DNA of 64,000 nucleotides from an uncultured Pseudomonadota bacterium (GTDB lineage Bacteria; Pseudomonadota; Alphaproteobacteria; RF32; CAG-239): NCBI GenBank assembly GCA_949295025.1, contig CASFJK010000005.1, positions 13,235 to 77,234 of the forward strand, read 5' to 3'. Shown piece by piece: positions 56,492 to 64,000 of this stretch (position 1 is its first letter; each line of letters starts with the position of its first letter). The notes under the pieces were generated by a model. It saw only the letters and a program-made list of their open reading frames with translations, ran no database searches and was not told where the DNA came from. The position numbers and the translations under genes were made by a program.

Positions 56492-58357
56492 CTATACCTC
56501 CGGAATGGAAGAATGAGTGCGTTTTTCTTCCGGCACCGGCTCGTCTTTTGATTTATCAATCGGCTTTCCGGCTAACAAATCGTTGATTTCTTCACCGGTC
56601 AAGGTTTCATATTCCATCAAAGCCTCTGCCAATTTTTCCCAATCTTCGCGATGTTCGGTCAAAATCTTTTTGGCATTTTCGTAACCTTGGTTGACAAAGG
56701 CTTTAATTTCTTCATCGACCAAAGCTGAGGTTTCTTCACTCATATTTTGGTTTTGAGTAACCGATTTACCTAAAAAGACTTCATTGGAGTTTTCCGAATA
56801 ACGAATTGGTCCAAGCTTATCGCTCATCCCCCATTCCATCACCATTGAGCGAGCCAAATTGGTCGCAGCCGAAATATCCGAAGATGCACCGGAGGTTACC
56901 GCATCATAACCAAATTTCAGCTCTTCTGCCACACGTCCACCCATCATAATGGTGAGGGTTGAGTGCATTTTAGCACGGGAATAAGAATATTGGTCTTTTT
57001 CCGGCAATTGTTGAACCATACCCAAAGCACGTCCTCTCGGAATAATCGTTGCTTTGTGAATGGGGTCAGATTCCGGAACATGAAGTGTACAAATCGCATG
57101 TCCGGCTTCGTGATAAGCGGTATTGCGCTTTTCTTTTTCATCCATGGCCACGGATTTACGCTCATTACCCATCAAAACCTTGTCTTTGGCTTCATCAAAA
57201 TCAGCTGATGTCACTTTGCGCTTGTTTTTACGAGCGGCAATCAATGCAGCCTCGTTCACCAGATTTGCAAGCTCGGCACCTGAGAACCCAGGGGTTCCGC
57301 GCGCAACAACGGTCAAGTTAACATCTTTAGCCAAAGGCACTTTGCGAACATGAACTTTAAGAATAGCCTCACGACCACGCACATCCGGATTTGTTACCGT
57401 AACTTGACGGTCAAAACGTCCCGGACGCAACAAAGCCGGATCCAAAACATCAGGACGGTTGGTAGCGGCAATCAAAATCACATTTTCGTTCTCGTCAAAA
57501 CCATCCATCTCGACCAAAAGTTGGTTCAAGGTTTGCTCACGCTCATCATTTCCACCGCCCAAACCGGCACCACGGTGACGACCGACGGCATCAATTTCAT
57601 CAATAAACAATAAGCAAGGTGCGTTTTTCTTAGCTTGTGCAAACATATCACGTACGCGAGATGCACCCACACCGACAAACATTTCCACAAAGTCAGAACC
57701 TGAGATGGAAAAGAACGGCACATTTGCCTCACCTGCAACCGCTTTGGCAAGCAAAGTTTTACCTGTTCCCGGAGGTCCTACAAGCAAAACACCTTTCGGA
57801 ATTTTGCCCCCCAAACGTTGGAATTTTTCCGGTTCTTTCAAAAATTCAACCACTTCTTCCAATTCTTGTTTAGATTCATCGCAACCGGCAACATCTGCAA
57901 AAGTCACCTTTTTATTGTTTTCAATCAAGCGAGCGCGCGATTTTCCAAAGCTCAAGGCTTTATTGTTACCGGAGTTGGCTTGGCGCATAAAATAAATCCA
58001 TACACCCACAAGCAAAATCATCGGGAACCAAGAAACAAACACGCCCCAGAATGTATCGGAAGAATTATCTTGAGGAGCTGCCGTAACTTTGGCACCGCTA
58101 TTGCGAATAGTCTCAACCATGGTCGGATCATATGGTGCATAGGTCATCAACTTTTGCCCATCAACGGTTGTACCTGTCACATCGGGACCGGCGATTTTGA
58201 CCTCAGCCATACGTTTGGCATCTACCTCGTTCATAAAATCAGAAAAGGCCACTGTCTGATATCCGGCTTTTTTAGCATTACCGTTAAACATATTCAAAAC
58301 GGTGGATAAGGCGATAAAAGCCACAAACCAGATGATTATACTTTTTCCTGTTCTCAT
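56492..58357 (-). CDS. ftsH: ATP-dependent zinc metalloprotease FtsH
   Basis: Two N-terminal TM helices, AAA Walker A GPPGTGKT, Walker [12 protein letters not shown] region, zinc motif HEAGHA. Confidence 0.95.
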   Translation of the reverse strand: MRTGKSIIIWFVAFIALSTVLNMFNGNAKKAGYQTVAFSDFMNEVDAKRMAEVKIAGPDVTGTTVDGQKLMTYAPYDPTMVETIRNSGAKVTAAPQDNSSDTFWGVFVSWFPMILLVGVWIYFMRQANSGNNKALSFGKSRARLIENNKKVTFADVAGCDESKQELEEVVEFLKEPEKFQRLGGKIPKGVLLVGPPGTGKTLLAKAVAGEANVPFFSISGSDFVEMFVGVGASRVRDMFAQAKKNAPCLLFIDEIDAVGRHRGAGLGGGNDEREQTLNQLLVEMDGFDENENVILIAATNRPDVLDPALLRPGRFDRQVTVTNPDVRGREAILKVHVRKVPLAKDVNLTVVARGTPGFSGAELANLVNEAALIAARKNKRKVTSADFDEAKDKVLMGNERKSVAMDEKEKRNTAYHEAGHAICTLHVPESDPIHKATIIPRGRALGMVQQLPEKDQYSYSRAKMHSTLTIMMGGRVAEELKFGYDAVTSGASSDISAATNLARSMVMEWGMSDKLGPIRYSENSNEVFLGKSVTQNQNMSEETSALVDEEIKAFVNQGYENAKKILTEHREDWEKLAEALMEYETLTGEEINDLLAGKPIDKSKDEPVPEEKRTHSSIPEV

Positions 58358-58383
58358 CTTTTTTCCTTATTTTTTAACACAAC

Positions 58384-59466
58384 TTATTTATATATAGGGA
58401 CTAATTTCAGCAAAGACAATCGCAATTTGTAAGGTATCTTCAGTTTCTTATATTTAGGATGCAAATTGCAAAAATCTTCCCAATCTTTTTTGGACGGTTT
58501 GTTTTTGATTTTAAGTTCAGGTACAATCCAAATTTGCCCATATTTTTTGATAATTTCACATCCACCCAAAGTACAAGAAACAAAATCATCTTCATTTAAG
58601 CGCATCATCAAACGATGCAGTTCGGCAGCCTCGGGCTTATATTTTGCTTTGCCTTGTTGATAGAGTAAAGTTCCTAAAACGCGGAATAAAAGTTCTTCAT
58701 GCAATTCGCCTAAATTCTTTTCAGAAAAAGAAACCCCTGCTCCATCCCAATAACGAACATGATTTTTAATATATTGATTAACACGATATTGCACATAATC
58801 CAAAGTGGATTGCAACACCTTCATTGTCTCGACCAAGCGCTGTGGCGTAATACCTAAATTCTCTTCGATTTGCGGCATAAACTTGCGCACGCGCACCCGC
58901 AAAAAATCATCACATTGGTTAGACGGGTCTTCCACCCATTCAATTTGACGATTATAGAGATATTTTTTCAAATCCTCAGGCAAAATAGAAAGCAAAGGAC
59001 GAATAAGCGTCAAGCCACTGCGTTGTGTAACGGCACGCATACCACATAAACCTTCCAAACCGCTGCCTCGTTGCAAACGCATGAAAAATGTTTCGGCTTG
59101 GTCTAGCGCTTGATGCGCAATTGCAACAACTTTAATATTATGTTCTTGGCACCAATCAGCAAGCAAATTATAGCGTGCTTCTCTGGCCGCTTCTTCAATA
59201 CCGTTTTTGGGCTTTTCTTCATTCCATGTCAGAATATGATGCTCAATCTGATAAGCCTTCATAATCCGCCCAACATAAAGAGCTTCTTCGGTAGATTCTC
59301 CACGCAATTTGTGGTCAACCGTCAGCGCCACAATTTTTTTGCAAAGAGGTGCAAGTTCTTCTTGCATCATTAATACCAAAGCCAAAGAGTCTGCCCCACC
59401 GGAAACGGCAACGGCAAACTCTTTCTCTTCGGATAAACCATATTTTTCTAAAAACTCTTTAATCAA
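58384..59466 (-). CDS. tilS: tRNA(Ile)-lysidine synthetase
   Basis: PP-loop VAVSGGADSLAL. Canonical position upstream of ftsH. Confidence 0.85.
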   Translation of the reverse strand: MIKEFLEKYGLSEEKEFAVAVSGGADSLALVLMMQEELAPLCKKIVALTVDHKLRGESTEEALYVGRIMKAYQIEHHILTWNEEKPKNGIEEAAREARYNLLADWCQEHNIKVVAIAHQALDQAETFFMRLQRGSGLEGLCGMRAVTQRSGLTLIRPLLSILPEDLKKYLYNRQIEWVEDPSNQCDDFLRVRVRKFMPQIEENLGITPQRLVETMKVLQSTLDYVQYRVNQYIKNHVRYWDGAGVSFSEKNLGELHEELLFRVLGTLLYQQGKAKYKPEAAELHRLMMRLNEDDFVSCTLGGCEIIKKYGQIWIVPELKIKNKPSKKDWEDFCNLHPKYKKLKIPYKLRLSLLKLVPIYK

Positions 59467-59492
59467 AGTTGAATTCTCTTTTTATCCCAAAG

Positions 59493-60347
59493 TTACTTAC
59501 AACCAAGCTTTTTAGCTTCTTCAGCAGCTTTTTTCTTAATTCTGTCTTCAGCCTTAGGAAATTCAGAATTCATATTCATAAATGCTTCACATGCAGCATC
59601 TTTATTTTTAAGTTCACTCATACTCATACCGAGCTTAAGTAAACCATCGGCACCTTTAAGTCCGTCTTTATAATTTTTATAAACTTTACCAAAAGCAACA
59701 GCGGCTTCTTTATATTGTCCTTGAGAATAATAAACTTCACCAAGCCAAAATTGCGCATTGCCGGCTAACTTATCTTTAGGAAAACGACGCAACACTGAAT
59801 CAAAAGAAGCTTCAGCCTTATCATAGTTTTTAGCTTTAAGATATTCCAGCCCTTCTTTATAAATTTGTTCTGCATTTTTGGTTGGTACGGAAGGCAAATC
59901 TGTTCCTTTATCAATTTCTGCTCCGAGCAAAGACTTAGGTGCATTTTCAGCTACTTTGGGAGCAAATTTTTCTTTTGGTTCTTTAATTCCGGCACCACTT
60001 GATTTTATAGGCTTTCCCTCAATCATAGAAATACGAACATCAATATCTTTATTAATCATATTAATGCGTTCTTCAAAGGTTTTGAGTTTATATTCAATCT
60101 CATCCAGACGTCCGTTGATTTTGCGCATATTTTCATCCATTTCACCAACACGCAAAGCCATATCGGAAGAAGAAACAGGTCCGTAAGCATCATCATTTTT
60201 CATACGATAAGCATCTCTTTGCAGAGCACGCATATCTTCTTTCAAAGCCTCAACTTCAGCCTCAAGAGCACCAAACTGTTGTGCATTTGCAGCGGAACAC
60301 AATAAAAAAGCTGAAAAAGACAAAACAACTACTTTGCTAAATTTCAT
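59493..60347 (-). CDS. cpoB: Tol-Pal system protein CpoB/YbgF (coiled-coil plus TPR)
   Basis: Signal peptide, N-terminal coiled-coil (ALEAEVEALKEDMRALQRDAY), C-terminal TPR repeats (AQFWLGEVYYSQGQYKEAAVAF). Immediately downstream of pal. Confidence 0.75.
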   Translation of the reverse strand: MKFSKVVVLSFSAFLLCSAANAQQFGALEAEVEALKEDMRALQRDAYRMKNDDAYGPVSSSDMALRVGEMDENMRKINGRLDEIEYKLKTFEERINMINKDIDVRISMIEGKPIKSSGAGIKEPKEKFAPKVAENAPKSLLGAEIDKGTDLPSVPTKNAEQIYKEGLEYLKAKNYDKAEASFDSVLRRFPKDKLAGNAQFWLGEVYYSQGQYKEAAVAFGKVYKNYKDGLKGADGLLKLGMSMSELKNKDAACEAFMNMNSEFPKAEDRIKKKAAEEAKKLGCK

Positions 60348-60475
60348 AATTTCCTCGAATAAAAAAATCATATACCAAGCAACAGGTTAGAACAAAAAAT
60401 ATATAATCTCAAGCAATAAAAAAAACGTATCCCAAATTAGGATACGTTTTTTTATCAATCTCTTATAACTGTAAA

Positions 60476-60943
60476 TTATTTAGAAGTAGCTTTAACTACA
60501 GTTACAGCACGACGGTTTTGAGCCCAAGCAGCTTCGTTGTTACCCAAAACAGCCGGTCTTTCTTTACCGTAAGAAATTGTAGAAATTCTGTCAGCAGCTA
60601 CGCCTTGAGAAATGAGGTATTGTTTAACAGCGTTGGCACGGCGTTCACCCAAAGCCAAGTTGTATTCGCGAGTACCTCTTTCATCGCAGTAACCTTGAAC
60701 GATTACGTTAACTTTTTTGTGATCTTTCAACCATTTTGCTTGGCCATCCAAAACATCGGCAGCTTCGCTGGAAATAGCAGAACTATCAAAAGCAAAGAAA
60801 ACTCTGTCTTCTGCATTAGCCATGAAATCACGAGCTTCTTTAGAGTCGCATTCAGCGCCACCAAACAAACCGCCATCAAAGCCTAAAGAAGAACAACCAG
60901 ATAATGCAACAATTGCAAAGAATAAACTAAACAGTTTTTTCAT
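60476..60943 (-). CDS. pal: Peptidoglycan-associated lipoprotein Pal (OmpA-like domain)
   Basis: Lipobox ALSGCSS. OmpA C-like domain with FDSSAISSEA...NLALGERRANAV. Confidence 0.85.
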   Translation of the reverse strand: MKKLFSLFFAIVALSGCSSLGFDGGLFGGAECDSKEARDFMANAEDRVFFAFDSSAISSEAADVLDGQAKWLKDHKKVNVIVQGYCDERGTREYNLALGERRANAVKQYLISQGVAADRISTISYGKERPAVLGNNEAAWAQNRRAVTVVKATSK

Positions 60944-61159
60944 ATTATTAATCTCCATATGGGTTTAATATTTAATTGTTTAACAATTAATACAGAAATA
61001 AACTTAAGCAATAAAAGTTAATTTTTCAACAACAAATAAAAAAATTCGCAGGTTTTATACAAAAAAAATCAAATTTATCTTTTGCTAATATAATAAAGCT
61101 TACTTTTTTTTCCAAAAACACCATAAAATGTTTTCAGAAACATCAAAAATCCGATTCGG

Positions 61160-61600
61160 TTATTCTCGATGATAAGGATGATGATTAATAATCGTCTGAA
61201 TACGATAAATTTGTTCTGACAAAACCGCACGCATAAGCATATGCGGTAAAGTTAACTTTCCAAAAGAAAGTAATAAGTCTGCTTTATCTCGGGTTGATGG
61301 TAGATGTCCGTCAGCACCACCGATTAAAAAACAAATTTCAGAAACTCCGTTTAGTTGCCAATTTTCAATTTTAGCCGCAAGTTCCAAACTTTTCATATTT
61401 TCACCGCGCTCATCCAGAACAATAACTTTGGCGCCATGCGGAATATTTTCTTGCAAAAATTTAGCTTCATCCACCTGATCGGAATTGTCTTTTTCTTTTA
61501 TAACCACATTCCATGAAGAACGCTTAATATACTCTGCAATAATCTGAGCTTCCGGCGAGTTTTTCTTACATTTTCCTATTGCTAAAATTGTAACTTTCAT
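61160..61600 (-). CDS. rlmH: 23S rRNA (pseudouridine1915-N3)-methyltransferase RlmH
   Basis: SPOUT fold. MKVTILAIGK...VIVLDERGE...LIGGADG pattern of RlmH. Confidence 0.85.
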   Translation of the reverse strand: MKVTILAIGKCKKNSPEAQIIAEYIKRSSWNVVIKEKDNSDQVDEAKFLQENIPHGAKVIVLDERGENMKSLELAAKIENWQLNGVSEICFLIGGADGHLPSTRDKADLLLSFGKLTLPHMLMRAVLSEQIYRIQTIINHHPYHRE

Positions 61601-61677
61601 CCATTTCCTCTCTTGACTTTTTTTACAAAAAAAATAATCTTAAAAACAAATTATTACAATTATAAAAATTATTAAAC

Positions 61678-62148
61678 TTGAATATTATGAAAAAAGAAAC
61701 TTTCGATGCCATTTCTTCTTGGCACCAAAAACAAAAAAAATTGTTAGACACTAAGTCAAAAATTATTTCTGAACCGCTGGAACTGGTAACCTTATCTCAA
61801 AACATTCTTGACGAAGAGGATGCTGCCAAAGCTTTATCTGAATATTTGGAAACCCCAATCTCGTTGCCTATGTTGTTTTTAGGTGTTCCCTACAATTTAC
61901 ACGAACAAAACATACATAGAATTTGCGCCGGATATGTTTACACCGTAAACAACTTAGGATGGTTAATTATTTGGAAAAACACAAACAAAATCCTATTTCT
62001 GGATAAGAATTTATATGGAATGGAAAAATGTTACCGATTTCAGACCAAAGAAGCGGCTCAATACACATTAAAACAAAGTATTAAAATCAGAATATGTCTG
62101 ATTGGACTATTTGTTTTAATAATACTATTAGCCGCTTTATGCAATTAA
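61678..62148 (+). CDS. Hypothetical protein with a C-terminal TM anchor, inserted between rlmH and rsfS on the opposite strand
   Basis: 156 aa ORF. C-terminal ICLIGLFVLIILLAALC hydrophobic helix. Followed by a terminator at 62150-62189. Confidence 0.4.
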   Translation: MNIMKKETFDAISSWHQKQKKLLDTKSKIISEPLELVTLSQNILDEEDAAKALSEYLETPISLPMLFLGVPYNLHEQNIHRICAGYVYTVNNLGWLIIWKNTNKILFLDKNLYGMEKCYRFQTKEAAQYTLKQSIKIRICLIGLFVLIILLAALCN

Positions 62149-62190
62149 TAAAAAAAGCCGGAAAACAATCCGGCTTTTTTTATAATTATT

Positions 62191-62571
62191 TTATTCTCCT
62201 CCGACTTTTTTCAAAGTACCGATGGAAGCCCACATTTTTTCCAAATTATAAAACTCACGAACTTCGGGTTTAAAAATATGAACAATCACATCAAAGGCAT
62301 CAATCAAAACCCAATCAGCTTTTTCTTCACCTTCTGCCATTGAAAGATATCCGGCTGCCTTAAGTTTTTCTTGAACTTTTTCTGCCAAAGAGGCAACGTG
62401 TCTTTGTGATGTACCACTGGCAATCACCATCTGATTTGCAATTGAAGATTTACCTTGCAAATCAATAACGACCATATCTTCAGCTTTACCTTCATCCAAG
62501 GTATCCAAGACAATTTTCAAAATTTCTGCAGCTTCTTGCTCGGAGGTTTGTTTTTTTGTTTTTTTAATCAA
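62191..62571 (-). CDS. rsfS: Ribosome silencing factor RsfS (Iojap)
   Basis: Conserved DYVDVVVHIF-type core (here DAFDVIVHIFKPEVREFYNLEKMW). Confidence 0.85.
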   Translation of the reverse strand: MIKKTKKQTSEQEAAEILKIVLDTLDEGKAEDMVVIDLQGKSSIANQMVIASGTSQRHVASLAEKVQEKLKAAGYLSMAEGEEKADWVLIDAFDVIVHIFKPEVREFYNLEKMWASIGTLKKVGGE

Positions 62572-62595
62572 ATCTCTGCTCCTCTTTTTGCACCA

Positions 62596-63726
<1,131 letters not shown>

Positions 63727-63733
63727 CTAAAAA

Positions 63734-63988
63734 TTATTCGGTAACAACAGAAACAACTGTTCTATCGCCGGCTTTTTTAGAAAACTCAACTTTACCTTCG
63801 GCAACAGCAAAGATTGTGTGATCTTTACCCATAGCAACATTGTTACCCGGGTGGTAAACAGTACCACGTTGACGAATAATGATGTTTCCAGGGATAACAG
63901 CTTCACCGCCGAATTTTTTAACACCCAAACGACGTCCGATAGAGTCGCGTCCGTTATTGGAACTACCGCCTGACTTCTTATGTGCCAT
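63734..63988 (-). CDS. rpmA: 50S ribosomal protein L27
   Basis: [28 protein letters not shown] is the universally conserved L27 N-terminus. Confidence 0.95.
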   Translation of the reverse strand: MAHKKSGGSSNNGRDSIGRRLGVKKFGGEAVIPGNIIIRQRGTVYHPGNNVAMGKDHTIFAVAEGKVEFSKKAGDRTVVSVVTE

Positions 63989-64000
63989 AACTCAATACTC

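Noticed and set aside
57818-58309. 163 aa plus-strand ORF and several 60-96 aa ORFs on both strands inside 56963-57995.
   Set aside because: All overlap the ftsH coding region on the minus strand, which has complete AAA and zinc-protease motifs.

Overview
This 64 kb window is an AT-rich (roughly mid-30s % GC) chromosomal segment with alphaproteobacterial gene content and order. The gene order and the many ORFans fit an intracellular or host-associated lineage, but I cannot name the organism from sequence alone. Housekeeping blocks are recognisable. On the minus strand at the right end: rpmA, obgE, rsfS, rlmH, then pal, cpoB (ybgF), tilS, ftsH. On the plus strand: rnd, xseB, ispA. Also present are aspS, prmA, pepP and metK. 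A ruvC, ruvA, ruvB, ybgC, tolQ, tolR, tolA block is present but rearranged: two unrelated genes sit between ruvA and ruvC, tolB is absent, and pal/cpoB lie about 46 kb away. Accessory material is interleaved with these blocks.

(1) An AT-rich islet of about 5.4 kb sits at the 3' end of tRNA-Thr(UGU). It is bounded by a 104-105 bp direct repeat of the tRNA 3' half plus its terminator. It carries an ATP-grasp ligase, an N-terminal-Cys Ntn (C45-like) hydrolase, a GNAT, an MFS pump and a DMT-type permease, and has no integrase. I rank it as the best candidate for an undescribed small-molecule ligation, acylation and export module.

(2) A tight four-gene plus-strand operon encodes a 521 aa protein with a tandem basic RPRIQ, NLS-like N-terminus, a 134 aa unknown, a class A beta-lactamase-fold protein and a GNAT. 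An IS1595-like transposase fragment lies beside it.

(3) A cadC(ArsR), HMA chaperone, P-type ATPase metal-efflux operon is present, next to a membrane-anchored protein with C-terminal RTX-like calcium-binding repeats.

(4) There are numerous ORFans. They include an 887 aa protein with a coiled-coil and lysine-rich C-terminal tail, and a 222 aa protein built from alternating roughly 18 aa repeats.

(5) One 388 aa orphan gene has clearly elevated GC.

(6) There are two dispersed families of palindromic terminator-like repeats, tRNA-fragment debris next to tRNA-Gln and tRNA-fMet, and a GC-rich frame-disrupted gene remnant.

I found no CRISPR array, no rRNA and no intact integrase or transposase.
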